IMG/VR virus record: IMGVR_UViG_3300010158_000044
DNA: 64,000 bases
Source of the DNA: an uncultured virus (IMG/VR IMGVR_UViG_3300010158_000044)
Taxonomy: Duplodnaviria > Heunggongvirae > Uroviricota > Caudoviricetes
Strand: one strand, 5' to 3'
This document shows positions 29,189-39,085 of the stretch, one piece after another. The stretch's first letter is position 1. Each line of letters starts with the position of its first letter. The position numbers were made by a program, and so were the translations under genes. The notes beneath the pieces are model-generated. The model ran no database searches and had not been told where the DNA came from. It was given only the letters and a program-made list of their open reading frames with translations.

Positions 29189-29481
29189 AAGAGAAAACTA
29201 TGGGTTGGATGATCACTCAGATTTTTTTATCTGAAACAGGTGTTCATGAAGTGCACGTGCATCACAGCTCTCTCAAGTTGCGTTGTAATTGTGCTGGCTT
29301 TGAGACACGCAATACTTGCAAGCACACACGCTTTGTTAAAGACCGTATGAATTTAAACGGCGGTGTCTATCCTGTAGAAATTTCTAACAAGGTAGATCGT
29401 GAACAAAGTGCTACCGCTAGTGAAGATCCGGAAGCCTTCAGACAGCTTCTGGTAAACTACGGCAAAATAGAAATAGTTTAG
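29185..29481 (+). CDS. SWIM zinc-finger protein
   Basis: CNC.GF..RNTCKH. Confidence 0.8.
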   Translation: MKEKTMGWMITQIFLSETGVHEVHVHHSSLKLRCNCAGFETRNTCKHTRFVKDRMNLNGGVYPVEISNKVDREQSATASEDPEAFRQLLVNYGKIEIV

Positions 29482-29483
29482 AA

Positions 29484-29900
29484 ATGCGTGGGGGCGATAT
29501 TTCAAATGAAATCCCAATGCGAGTTCTAGTTTCTTTAGATTGCTTGCTTGTAAGAGAACCTAGAATTAACAAGGTGCTGGGCATTTCAGTTCCTTACATA
29601 GAGACAACCTATGATAGAAGAGCCCTTGCTCATTTCTGGAGATTTAAAGATACCTATGAGTATTCACTAGAGCTTGTGGGGTTTGAAAGATCTCAAAATG
29701 ATATGGATAGAATCCTAGAGGATTTAGATAACCTAGGAACTAATCCGTTTAACTATGCAAAAGCTTACAACGTAGTTGCTGATCTTGTAGCGGAGCTTCC
29801 TTATAGGCCAGAAGTAAAGCATGTAATTGATATTCCAGATCGTGCGCTAAGATACGGTCACTGGTTTTTGGATGAGGGGAGAGTGAATGGCCGCCAATAA
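29484..29900 (+). CDS. HAD-fold-like protein (degenerate motif I)
   Basis: VLVSLDCLL in place of DxD; HVID near C-terminus. Confidence 0.4.
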   Translation: MRGGDISNEIPMRVLVSLDCLLVREPRINKVLGISVPYIETTYDRRALAHFWRFKDTYEYSLELVGFERSQNDMDRILEDLDNLGTNPFNYAKAYNVVADLVAELPYRPEVKHVIDIPDRALRYGHWFLDEGRVNGRQ

Positions 29901-31122
29901 TGAAGAGCGTTTATTATCTAAAGCTATCCGTAGCAGAGATATTCAACCGCTGCTTGAGTGCGGGGTACAAGAAGACTGGTTCTTTAACGACCTTAACAAG
30001 CAGGTATGGAAGTTTGTTTCTAAACATAACGAGAAGTACGGAGAAGTCCCTACAGCCGTAACGGTTAGAGATAACTTTCCTACGTATACTTTGCATGCCG
30101 TAGAAGACAGCATTGAGTATTTACTCGACCAGTTAATAGAATACCGTAAGCGTCAGAAGACTATCGATGCTTTGCTGGAAGCTCAGCAGGCAGTATCACA
30201 ACAAGATCACAACACTGCATTGCAGACCATGGCATCAGCAGCACAAATCTTGATGAATGATAATCAAAGAGATTCTACTGATGAGAATCTTAGTGATCAT
30301 CCTATGCAACGTTACGATGAATACATTGCTATCAAGACTCGTCCTAATGGTTTGCTTGGGTTATCTACTGGTTTTAAAACTATTGATGAGATTACCTCCG
30401 GTGTTTTGAAACAACAGCTGTGGACTATTGCAGCCCCTCCTAAGACCGGTAAGTCCGTGCTTGCTATGCAGATGGCTATTAGAGCACAGGATGAAAACCA
30501 ACGGGTCATGTTTCAGTCGTTTGAAATGACCGCTAGAGAAATGAAGACTCGCTATGATGCGATGCGTTCTCATATCTCACACAAGCGTTTGATCATGGGT
30601 GCGTTGCGTCCTGATGAAGAGAAGAGCTACTTAAATCATTTAGGTATGGCACGTGATGACTTCTGGATGCCTGACACAGTGGCTTCTAGAACTATTACAG
30701 GGCTCTGTGCAAAGGTAGAAAAATATAAACCTGACATTTTATTTGTGGACGGTATGTATCTTATGTTTGACGAAGAGACCGGTGAGACTGAAAGTGAGAG
30801 ATCACTTCGTAGTCTTACTCGTGGAATGAAACGTGTAGCACAGCGCTACGACATTCCGGTTGTAGTTAGTACTCAGACTCTGCGCTCTAAAATGCGTGGG
30901 GGCAAGGTAACTGCAGACTCTATTGGTTACACATCATCGTTCTTGCAGGACTCAGACATTGTTCTAGTTTTACAACGACAGGATGAAGAGGATGACTCAT
31001 CTCGTTCTCTAAGCGTGGCAGCTAGCCGTATATCAGGTATGGGATCCACAGATCTACTGTGGGATTGGGAGGAGGGTCGCTTTGAAGAGTATGCAGCTTT
31101 CAATAATATCCAGTCCATTTGA
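29887..31122 (+). CDS. dnaB: replicative DnaB-like helicase
   Basis: TGF..IDE.T.G, AAPPKTGKS, SFEM, FVDGMYL, QDSDIV. Confidence 0.92.
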   Translation: MAANNEERLLSKAIRSRDIQPLLECGVQEDWFFNDLNKQVWKFVSKHNEKYGEVPTAVTVRDNFPTYTLHAVEDSIEYLLDQLIEYRKRQKTIDALLEAQQAVSQQDHNTALQTMASAAQILMNDNQRDSTDENLSDHPMQRYDEYIAIKTRPNGLLGLSTGFKTIDEITSGVLKQQLWTIAAPPKTGKSVLAMQMAIRAQDENQRVMFQSFEMTAREMKTRYDAMRSHISHKRLIMGALRPDEEKSYLNHLGMARDDFWMPDTVASRTITGLCAKVEKYKPDILFVDGMYLMFDEETGETESERSLRSLTRGMKRVAQRYDIPVVVSTQTLRSKMRGGKVTADSIGYTSSFLQDSDIVLVLQRQDEEDDSSRSLSVAASRISGMGSTDLLWDWEEGRFEEYAAFNNIQSI

Positions 31123-31351
31123 TGGTACTCAGCTATGCCTGCAGTATCCTACAGATATTTTTTACCCTGAAGCAGATGATCTTGGAAACTATAACGAATC
31201 TGATTTTGATATGGCTAAAAATATTTGCAGTAGCTGCTGGCTTAAAGACAAATGCTTAGAATTTGCTTTAAAGACTAATGAAAAAGAAGGTGTATGGGGT
31301 GGAACAACCCCTAAAGAACGCCGTAGTATTCGCAGAAAGGCGAGACGATGA
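31091..31351 (+). CDS. whiB: WhiB family transcription factor
   Basis: C...IFYPE...AKNICSSC...C..AL...E..GVWGG.T..ER. Confidence 0.93.
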   Translation: MQLSIISSPFDGTQLCLQYPTDIFYPEADDLGNYNESDFDMAKNICSSCWLKDKCLEFALKTNEKEGVWGGTTPKERRSIRRKARR

Positions 31352-31560
31352 TTAATAAAGAAGAAAATTTAGCAATAGATCTACAAGGAGAGCCTACACA
31401 CGTTTGCGTATGTGGATCTCGAGTTTGGAATCTTCAAGTAATGTTTGAAGACTATGAGATTGGGATGTACTTTACAGATATGGAGTGTGCGCTTTGTGGT
31501 TCTAAAGCCACAGCTCCTACACTTCCAGACAAGCCAGGTTGGTTCAGAGGGGTTGAATAA
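31348..31560 (+). CDS. small zinc-ribbon protein
   Basis: CVCG and CALCG. Confidence 0.7.
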   Translation: MINKEENLAIDLQGEPTHVCVCGSRVWNLQVMFEDYEIGMYFTDMECALCGSKATAPTLPDKPGWFRGVE

Positions 31561-32525
31561 TGTATGCAGAGGGCGCAGTAGAAGGAGTCTTACTTACCTT
31601 AGGTATTGAGACTACTCAGCGTGGGGATGAGCTGCTTGGCTTATGCCCAATGCACTTAGAGCGCACAGGCCGGGAAGACAACCATCCTTCTTGGTCTATG
31701 AATGCTGAGTCTGGTGTTCACCACTGCTTCTCCTGTGGATACAAAGGAACTTTGCTTACTCTTGTGGGTGAAGTTAAAGAGTTTACAACTCCATGGGGAC
31801 ACGTTGACTTTGATGCTGCCAAAGATTGGCTTCGTAACAATATCGAAGTTAATTTTGAACACCTTGCTCGTCAGCTTGAGGAAGCCCGCAATACCTACAT
31901 CGCACTTCCAGCACCAGTTAGCATGAGTGAGGCAAGGCTGTCAATCTTTGACAGTGTAGCCCCTGATTGGGCTTTATCTGCTAGGGGTTTAACTGAGAAG
32001 GCTTGCAAGCTTTACGGAGTACGTTGGAGTCCTTTAAAGAATTCTTGGATAACTCCTATTCGTAACCCAGCAACTAAAACATTAATGGGTTGGCAAGAAA
32101 AGAGTCAGACAGAAAGATTCTTTCGTAATCGTCCTACCGGTGTGGCTAAATCCAAAACTTTATTTGGTCTTGACGCATTTACTGGAGGAACAATGATTGT
32201 AGTTGAGTCTCCTTTAGACTCCGTACGTCTAGCATCATTGGGGGTTATTGGGGGCGTCTCAACATTTGGTGCAGCTGTAAGTGCGGATCAGATCCAGCTA
32301 ATGAAGGGTGCAGATAAATTAATTCTTGCAATGGATAATGATGCTGCGGGAAAGAAAGCATCTTCAGATCTTTTAGAACGAACACGCAAAGAGGGAATGG
32401 AGTGTTGGTTTTTAAACTATCAAGGTAGTGAATACAAGGACATTGGCGATATGCCAGAGGATTTGGTACACTATTGCTTAGAGGGTTCAAAACATTCAGT
32501 GTTCGGTGAGGCGGCATTTTTATGA
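31560..32525 (+). CDS. DNA primase (CHC2 zinc finger + TOPRIM)
   Basis: CPMH...HCFSCG; VVESPLD; MDNDAAG; KDIGD. Confidence 0.92.
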   Translation: MYAEGAVEGVLLTLGIETTQRGDELLGLCPMHLERTGREDNHPSWSMNAESGVHHCFSCGYKGTLLTLVGEVKEFTTPWGHVDFDAAKDWLRNNIEVNFEHLARQLEEARNTYIALPAPVSMSEARLSIFDSVAPDWALSARGLTEKACKLYGVRWSPLKNSWITPIRNPATKTLMGWQEKSQTERFFRNRPTGVAKSKTLFGLDAFTGGTMIVVESPLDSVRLASLGVIGGVSTFGAAVSADQIQLMKGADKLILAMDNDAAGKKASSDLLERTRKEGMECWFLNYQGSEYKDIGDMPEDLVHYCLEGSKHSVFGEAAFL

Positions 32526-32761
32526 ACAAATGTAAAGCTATAACATTAAAGGGAACTCCTTGTTTAATTACTGAACGTATTACTGATGAAGGCTTTTGCC
32601 ATGTTCACGATCCTAATGGGGTATTTCAAAACCAACATCCAGATAAAAAACGTTCTCATAAAAGAAAACTTTGGGAAGATCGTATACGTGAACAAATAGC
32701 TAAACAACTAGAAGCAGCCGGATTAACAGAAGCAGTTAAAATAGTGAGGGATGGGTCATGA
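32522..32761 (+). CDS. small C3H zinc-binding protein
   Basis: CKAIT.KG.PC...FCHVH. Confidence 0.6.
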   Translation: MNKCKAITLKGTPCLITERITDEGFCHVHDPNGVFQNQHPDKKRSHKRKLWEDRIREQIAKQLEAAGLTEAVKIVRDGS

Positions 32762-33309
32762 TCATAGGTTTGACAGGGTACGCACAGTCAGGTAAAGATA
32801 CGGTAGCTAAGATCTTAATAAACCAGTATGGGTTTACCAGAGTAGCGTTTGCAGATAAGATCCGTGAGTTTCTTTATGAGACCAATCCAATGTTTGATTC
32901 TATTGCTGGTGAACCTTTGTTCGTTAAAGCACGGGTAGACCGTGATGGGTGGGAAAAAGCTAAGCAATCCCCACAGATTCGTCGCCTATTACAGAACTCT
33001 GGTGTAGCTGCTCGCAAAGTATTTGGAGAAGGATTTTGGGTACATGAAGCAATGAAAACAATGCTTAATGATCCTAGACCAGATATGAACTATGTTATAA
33101 CAGATGTTAGATTTATTAATGAAGCAGATATGATACGAGCTAACCATGGTCAGCTCTGGCGCATAAAGCGCTTAAATGTTGGAGCTGTTAATAATCATGT
33201 GTCTGAAAACCAAATGGACGACTACCCGGTAGATCAGATCTTTACTAACAACTCTTCTATAGAAGACTTAGAACTTATGATTAAGACAAGGATGATGTCG
33301 CTCGTATGA
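32758..33309 (+). CDS. deoxynucleoside monophosphate kinase
   Basis: IIGLTGYAQSGKDT, FAD, R.LLQ..G, ITDVRF.NE, H.SE. Confidence 0.92.
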   Translation: MIIGLTGYAQSGKDTVAKILINQYGFTRVAFADKIREFLYETNPMFDSIAGEPLFVKARVDRDGWEKAKQSPQIRRLLQNSGVAARKVFGEGFWVHEAMKTMLNDPRPDMNYVITDVRFINEADMIRANHGQLWRIKRLNVGAVNNHVSENQMDDYPVDQIFTNNSSIEDLELMIKTRMMSLV

Positions 33310-34856
33310 GTTTTACAGGGACACTTTTACCTTATCAAGTTGATGCCGTAGAGGCTATGATCGCACGCAAAAAGATGCTTGTGGCCTACGATCTTGGCTT
33401 GGGTAAAACTGTTTTGACTATTGCAGCTCTAGAAGAATTAAAAGAACAAGGAAAGATCACAGAACCTGGTATCATTATCTGCTTATCAAGTCTTAAATAT
33501 CAATGGGCAGAACAGATTAGGAAATTTACAGATGACACTGCACACCCTTTGGTCGTTGATGGAACGCCAAAACAAAGACAGGCCCAATATGAAGAGGCAT
33601 TCGACTGGGGGCATTCTCTCGTTGATTACGTCATCCTTAACTATGAGCAAGTTGTTAACGACTGGGAGCAAGTATCAAAGCTCTGCAGAGGCTTCATCGT
33701 ATGCGACGAAGCAACCGCAATCAAAAGCTTTAGATCCAAACGTTCCAAACACGTAAAGAAACTAGATAGTAGGGTAAAGTTTGCTCTTACCGGTACTCCA
33801 ATTGAAAACGGTAAACCTGAAGAACTCTATAGCATTATGCAATTTGTAGATTCTAAAGTATTAGGACGCTACGATTTGTTTGATAAAACATTTATTGTAC
33901 GTAATCATTTCGGTGGAGTAGAACGCTACCGAAATCTACAGACTTTAAATACAGCGATGTCCCAGGTTAGCGTGCGTAAACGTCAGCAAGATCCTGATGT
34001 TGCGCCCTACCTGCCGGACACTATCTTTGCAGAGCCTCTTCGTATTTCCTTTGATAGGGCTGGAGTTAAACTTTACAATCATATAGCTAATGAAATCCTA
34101 GAGGACCTAGAGCAAGCCATAGATAACTATGGGGCTTCTTTTGACATATTCTCACACTACTCTGGTGAGAATCAAAACGAGGCGGCCAATGCTCTTAAAG
34201 GTAAGATCATGTCTAAACTAACAGCATTAAGAATGCTCTGTGATAGTCCAAGTTTATTTGACACCTCAGGATCAGGCTATGTAGATGCTTTAAAAGAAGC
34301 CGGTAAGTTAGATATGCTTACTAAGTCTCCAAAGCTTATAGCGCTTAAACAATATGTGGACGATTTCTTAGAACAGAATGATGCTAACAAGCTAGTTATC
34401 TTTACTAGCTATGTACATATGGTTTGGTTAATTCAAGAACACTTAGGACACGCCTCAGCAAAATATACTGGAGAGATGGATGCAAAACAAAAAGAAGAAT
34501 CTAAGATTTGGTTTCAGACTGATCCAGATTGCCGCATCCTTGTTTCTTCTGATGCTGGAGGTTATGGTGTTGACCTTCCTCAAGCCAATCTTCTCATTAA
34601 TTATGATCTGCCATGGAATGCTGGCCTGGCTCTTCAAAGAAATGGCCGCATACGCAGGGCGTCTTCGACTTGGCCTAGTATCGTTATTCAAGACTTCTTA
34701 ATGGAGGGGTCTATAGAGGAGCGCCAGCACGACATGTTGCTGCAAAAGAATGCAGTGGCCGACGCTGTGATGGATGGAGAAGGTATCAATGCTACCGGTG
34801 GCGTAGAGATGAATTTAGGTAGTCTTAAAGCGTTCTTGCAAAGGGCCATAGTCTAA
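33306..34856 (+). CDS. SNF2-family helicase
   Basis: LLPYQ, DLGLGKT, CDEAT, ALTGTPIEN, AGGYGVDL, YDLPWN, QRNGRIRR. Confidence 0.93.
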   Translation: MSFTGTLLPYQVDAVEAMIARKKMLVAYDLGLGKTVLTIAALEELKEQGKITEPGIIICLSSLKYQWAEQIRKFTDDTAHPLVVDGTPKQRQAQYEEAFDWGHSLVDYVILNYEQVVNDWEQVSKLCRGFIVCDEATAIKSFRSKRSKHVKKLDSRVKFALTGTPIENGKPEELYSIMQFVDSKVLGRYDLFDKTFIVRNHFGGVERYRNLQTLNTAMSQVSVRKRQQDPDVAPYLPDTIFAEPLRISFDRAGVKLYNHIANEILEDLEQAIDNYGASFDIFSHYSGENQNEAANALKGKIMSKLTALRMLCDSPSLFDTSGSGYVDALKEAGKLDMLTKSPKLIALKQYVDDFLEQNDANKLVIFTSYVHMVWLIQEHLGHASAKYTGEMDAKQKEESKIWFQTDPDCRILVSSDAGGYGVDLPQANLLINYDLPWNAGLALQRNGRIRRASSTWPSIVIQDFLMEGSIEERQHDMLLQKNAVADAVMDGEGINATGGVEMNLGSLKAFLQRAIV

Positions 34857-34865
34857 ACTTATGAC

Positions 34866-35021
34866 ATGCCTAATGCACCTAAGACCCCGACCCGTACCAT
34901 CCGGGTATCCACTGAGCTGTGGACTGCTGTCAAAGACAAAGCTCAGATTGATGGCCGTACAGTCACGGATGTAATCGTGGCTGCCCTCAAAGAGTATATT
35001 AAGGTCGATTTGCCTGAGTAG
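34866..35021 (+). CDS. ribbon-helix-helix DNA-binding protein
   Basis: read manually: MPNAPKTPTRTIRVSTELWTAVKDKAQIDGRTVTDVIVAALKEYI; TAAACT-N6-ATG start. Confidence 0.8.
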   Translation: MPNAPKTPTRTIRVSTELWTAVKDKAQIDGRTVTDVIVAALKEYIKVDLPE

Positions 35022-35038
35022 TGCTTTTGTGGTAAAGT
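35010..35038 (+). promoter_or_regulatory. sigma70/HrdB-type promoter
   Basis: TTGCCT-N17-TAAAGT with TGTGG extended -10. Confidence 0.6.
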
Positions 35039-35060
35039 ATTTAATAAGGGGGGTATACAA

Positions 35061-35498
35061 ATGCCAAAAGTTATTGAAAGAGAAACACCTAAAGAAGGCA
35101 ATCCAGTGCTTGCCAAGGTGCGTAAATACGTAAGTCTGCGTGGTCGTATAGAAGACCTAACCAAGGAACAGTCCAGTCTTAAGACAGAGTTATCTGAGCT
35201 TGTAGATGCCGAGGGCACTCCTGATGAAAAGGGTCATATCTGGTACTCATTGCCTGAAGAGGTAGATGGTTACCTGTCTCTACAACGTCAACGTCGAGTC
35301 ACACAAAAGCTTGATGAAGATACTGCTCGTGCAATCCTAAAGCAAAAGGGTCTAACAGATCGTTGCTACAAGCTTGTGCCAGTACTAGATGAGTCAGAAG
35401 TTATGGCTTGCCTGTATGAGGGATCTCTCACCGAAGAAGAGATCGACTCAATGTTTCCTAAGTCCGTTTCATATGCATTTATTCCGAGCAAGTCATGA
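35061..35498 (+). CDS. conserved phage hypothetical protein (N-terminal coiled coil)
   Basis: ORF downstream of promoter, coupled to next gene. Confidence 0.6.
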   Translation: MPKVIERETPKEGNPVLAKVRKYVSLRGRIEDLTKEQSSLKTELSELVDAEGTPDEKGHIWYSLPEEVDGYLSLQRQRRVTQKLDEDTARAILKQKGLTDRCYKLVPVLDESEVMACLYEGSLTEEEIDSMFPKSVSYAFIPSKS

Positions 35499-35860
35499 CC
35501 GTATACACTCAAACAGCGGCATACAGACATGTTGATATCCTTGCACCACAGTTAGAAAACTTCATCCAGGATAACTTTCCTGGCGTAGATGAAGAGAATT
35601 TAGCTGCGGTTGCTAAGGCTCTAGTAGAGATTGTTCTAACAGAACATCATTCTCTATTGCTTAAGGAAGAAAAGGATGCACAGATTGCTACCCAAAAGGC
35701 ACGTGATGCTGCAATGAAGAAAGCTTCTAAGAAGCCTACGCAGTATTCTCAGGAGCATAAGTCTATCCATCTAACTAAGCATAAAGAATCTACTAACTGG
35801 GGAGGAAAGGACTCTCATGAGTGGCGAACAAATCGATCGTCTGCTATCGGAGCTCGATGA
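35495..35860 (+). CDS. hypothetical protein
   Basis: ATGA-coupled ORF. Confidence 0.55.
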   Translation: MTVYTQTAAYRHVDILAPQLENFIQDNFPGVDEENLAAVAKALVEIVLTEHHSLLLKEEKDAQIATQKARDAAMKKASKKPTQYSQEHKSIHLTKHKESTNWGGKDSHEWRTNRSSAIGAR

Positions 35861-36287
35861 ATACTACCCAGGTTCTAAAAGAAAGCGTCGCCCTTTAAAT
35901 CCTAAGGCTAAAAAGCCAAAGGTTAAAGAAGAGGGCTCGTGGGACTCAAACCCACAAAGTAAAAAACTACCTAACGGAAGTGTGGTAGAATTATTTAGTG
36001 CAGGGGCTTTTGCTCTTGCATTAGGTAGGCCACTAGTAACTGTAAGACTTTGGGAACGTAAAGGTTATATACCACGTGCACCTTACAGACTAAAGTCTAT
36101 GCTTGTTGATGGTGTAAAGAAGCCAGGTTGGCGGATGTACAGCAGAACAATGATAGTGGCTACACTTGAAGCTTTTGAAGCCCGAGGGCTTATAGAAGCT
36201 CCAAGAATTGATTGGAATAGGCATAACGATTTATCCATTGAACTAATGGAAACTTGGAAGCGTATTCACGATCAAGAAACTAACTGA
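35817..36287 (+). CDS. MerR-like HTH DNA-binding protein
   Basis: FSAGAFALALGR...TVRLWERKGYIP...R...G.R.Y. Confidence 0.75.
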   Translation: MSGEQIDRLLSELDEYYPGSKRKRRPLNPKAKKPKVKEEGSWDSNPQSKKLPNGSVVELFSAGAFALALGRPLVTVRLWERKGYIPRAPYRLKSMLVDGVKKPGWRMYSRTMIVATLEAFEARGLIEAPRIDWNRHNDLSIELMETWKRIHDQETN

Positions 36288-36320
36288 CCAATGACCAATA
36301 ACCTATGAAAGAAGACCAAC

Positions 36321-37028
36321 ATGACTGCAACAACATCACTACGAGCTACAAAGTCTAACGTTCCAAACGTAGACTCTTATACAACACCATCTTCTGTTAC
36401 TGAAGAAGATCTATTTATTGAGGAAGATGAGACAACCTCATCTACCAACTCGTCTATCATCCAAACCGGTTGGGCAGCAGCTAAGCAAGCTTCTGTAAAG
36501 AACAGCAAGTTCGCTACCGACTTTAAGTTTGATGAAGACCTCCAACTTGTTAAGTTCATCTCATCCGAGCCAATGGCATTTATGCAGCACTGGGTTAATC
36601 GCCCAGGCAAGAAGTCATTCATCTCTATCGGTGAGAATGATCCACTAATCGCAGTAGGCAGTGTGCCATCACAGAAGTTTGCGTTCACAGTGCTAAACCT
36701 TTCTGATCCTGAAGGCCCATCGCTTGAACTCATGATCGTTGGTGTACGACTCTGTAAGCAACTTGAGAAGCTTGCGTCTGATCCTAAGACAGGCCCACTC
36801 AATCGCACAGATTTGTACTACGCAGTAAGTAAGGCTGGTACTGGTACCAAGACTACTCACTCCGTTGTTCCTGTAAAGGAACGTGATCTTGCTGAAGATT
36901 GGGATATCGATCCAGTTGCTACAGCTGACTACATCAAGACTCTTAAGGCCTTTGGCCCTGAAGCACTTTATATGTCTTCAAAAGAAGAGCTTGCTGAAAT
37001 CGCACGAGAAATCGCATCAGCTAACTAA
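36321..37028 (+). CDS. single-stranded DNA-binding protein (gp32-like, putative)
   Basis: QHW, F.F.V.N, V.K.G.GTKT...V.P pattern; directly upstream of polymerase. Confidence 0.6.
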   Translation: MTATTSLRATKSNVPNVDSYTTPSSVTEEDLFIEEDETTSSTNSSIIQTGWAAAKQASVKNSKFATDFKFDEDLQLVKFISSEPMAFMQHWVNRPGKKSFISIGENDPLIAVGSVPSQKFAFTVLNLSDPEGPSLELMIVGVRLCKQLEKLASDPKTGPLNRTDLYYAVSKAGTGTKTTHSVVPVKERDLAEDWDIDPVATADYIKTLKAFGPEALYMSSKEELAEIAREIASAN

Positions 37029-37045
37029 TCTATCCCACTAATGTT

Positions 37046-37085
37046 GGGGAGCCGGGTTTTTGAACCTCCTTTCTACCGGCTCCTT
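37046..37085 (+). promoter_or_regulatory. stem-loop with anti-SD sequence in the loop, upstream of polA RBS
   Basis: GGGGAGCCGG / CCGGCTCCTT stem; loop contains ACCTCCTTTCT. Confidence 0.7.
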
Positions 37086-37105
37086 AACCTACTTTCAGGA
37101 GCGCA

Positions 37106-39085
37106 ATGAATATTATTACAACCGACGAACAGCTCTCAGAGCTCGTCGAGTACTACCTAAGTAAGGATTCCTTTGTCTACGACGTAGAAACAATGGGAGA
37201 TTACCGTGGAGATCCTAGACAAAATCAAGTCGTGTGGATTGCCCTGGCTACTTATGACCGTGTAGATGTAATTCCTATGGGTCATCCTAACGGTGACTAT
37301 ATTCGTACTGAGTATCCTCTATTGCCTTCTGCCCAAGATCGTATTATTAAGGGCTTGCCCCTTCGTGCAATTGACCACAGTAAAGATGAACGTAAAGCTA
37401 CAAAGATTTTTAGTGAGCCGCCTGAGCAATTAACTCCAGGTGAAGTATTCAAAGCCCTCAAACCATTGTTCTTTAGTGACCTATTAAAGATCGGTCACAA
37501 CCTTAAGTTTGATTTACAAAGCGTAACAAAGTATCTAGGGCAGTTGCCTTCGCAACCCTATGCTTGTACTCTTAATGCTGCTTTTATTCTTGATACCCGT
37601 AATAGCCGTCAACTAGGACTTGATGACTGCTTGAAGCGTGAGTTTGATTACAACATGGTTAAAGGTGTTGGTGCACAGATTGAAGCACATACCTTTAATG
37701 ACGTAGCTACCTATGCTGCGCTAGACGCCGAATGGACCTGGAAGTTGTGGAAGAAGTTTGAGCCACGACTTGATAGGGATAACGTACGTGGCGTATTTAA
37801 TCTTGAGATGGATGTCCTTCGTGTTATCTCAAGTATGGAGCTGCATGGTGCAGATATAGATGTTGATGCTCTTCAGATTCTTAAAGATAATCTAGAGCTT
37901 CAATTAGAAACAACTAAAGCAACTATCTATCAACTAGCTGCTAAAGCTTTTAATATTAATAGTGTTCCAGAGAAACAAAGACTACTCTTTTCATCTAAAG
38001 AAGTGGGCGGTCGTGGACTCCGACCTCGCCTACTTACGCCTAAGGGCATCAGCAATAGCGAAGCGGGGTTGGCTCCCGTCATTTCAGACTACTCGGTGTC
38101 TGAACCTGCGCTTAAAGTATTCCAGGGCAAGGATGCTTTGGTTGATGCCCTACTTAATTATTCCGACTTGAATAAGTTGCTTACGACTTATGTGATTCCT
38201 TATCTCGGTGGCGACATTGTTCGCACTACGGGGGGCAAAGCTAAAACTATTGCCAAGAAATCTCTCCTTCTAAGAGGTCGTATTCACACTGACTTCATCC
38301 AATATGGTGCAGATACAGGGCGCTTTTCAAGTCGGAACCCTAACCTACAGAACGTACCTAATCCACGTACTATCAATGGTAAGGCTATCCGCAATCTGTT
38401 CATAGCTCCTGAAGGACATCAGCTTGTAGTAGCTGACTACTCACAGATCGAGCCACGCATTCTTTCATCATTTAGTGGTGACAGGATTCTATGCCAGAAT
38501 TATTTAGACGGTGTAGATATTTATACGACTATTGGTGACACTGTTGGTGTGGATCGTTCAGGTGCTAAGACCTTAGTACTTGGTATGATGTATGGCATCG
38601 GTCCTGAAAAGATTGCTACTTCTATTGGAGTATCTTCTAAAGAAGCACGTGATCTTTTAGATAACTTTAGCCGTAAGTTTCCATCTATCTCAAAGTATAA
38701 GAAGCAGGTTGTTGCTGAAACACGCAGACGTGGTCCAGTTCCTTATGCTCTTACATATATGAATCGCCGTCGCTATCTTCCAGACCTACTCTCTCCAGAA
38801 ATGGGGAGACGTGCCGGAGCAGAACGACAAGCATTCAACACAGTGATCCAAGGCTCAGCTGCGGATCTTATTAAGCTTGCAATGGTCCGGGCATATAGTT
38901 TGTTACCAGACGGTGCTGCAATGATCCTTACCATCCACGATGAGTTAGTTACTACAGCGCCTAAAGAACTCATAGAAGAAACAGCAGCCGCTATTCGTGA
39001 GGCTATGGAGGGCATCAAAGCCCTAAATATCCCTATGTTAGCCGATGTTAAAATCGTTAACAAATGGGGAGAGGCAAAAGACTAA
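37106..39085 (+). CDS. polA: family A DNA polymerase with 3'-5' exonuclease
   Basis: DVET, HNLKFD, YAALDA; TGRFSSRNPNLQN, ADYSQIEPR, AK.....MYG, IQGSAAD, IHDEL. Confidence 0.96.
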   Translation: MNIITTDEQLSELVEYYLSKDSFVYDVETMGDYRGDPRQNQVVWIALATYDRVDVIPMGHPNGDYIRTEYPLLPSAQDRIIKGLPLRAIDHSKDERKATKIFSEPPEQLTPGEVFKALKPLFFSDLLKIGHNLKFDLQSVTKYLGQLPSQPYACTLNAAFILDTRNSRQLGLDDCLKREFDYNMVKGVGAQIEAHTFNDVATYAALDAEWTWKLWKKFEPRLDRDNVRGVFNLEMDVLRVISSMELHGADIDVDALQILKDNLELQLETTKATIYQLAAKAFNINSVPEKQRLLFSSKEVGGRGLRPRLLTPKGISNSEAGLAPVISDYSVSEPALKVFQGKDALVDALLNYSDLNKLLTTYVIPYLGGDIVRTTGGKAKTIAKKSLLLRGRIHTDFIQYGADTGRFSSRNPNLQNVPNPRTINGKAIRNLFIAPEGHQLVVADYSQIEPRILSSFSGDRILCQNYLDGVDIYTTIGDTVGVDRSGAKTLVLGMMYGIGPEKIATSIGVSSKEARDLLDNFSRKFPSISKYKKQVVAETRRRGPVPYALTYMNRRRYLPDLLSPEMGRRAGAERQAFNTVIQGSAADLIKLAMVRAYSLLPDGAAMILTIHDELVTTAPKELIEETAAAIREAMEGIKALNIPMLADVKIVNKWGEAKD

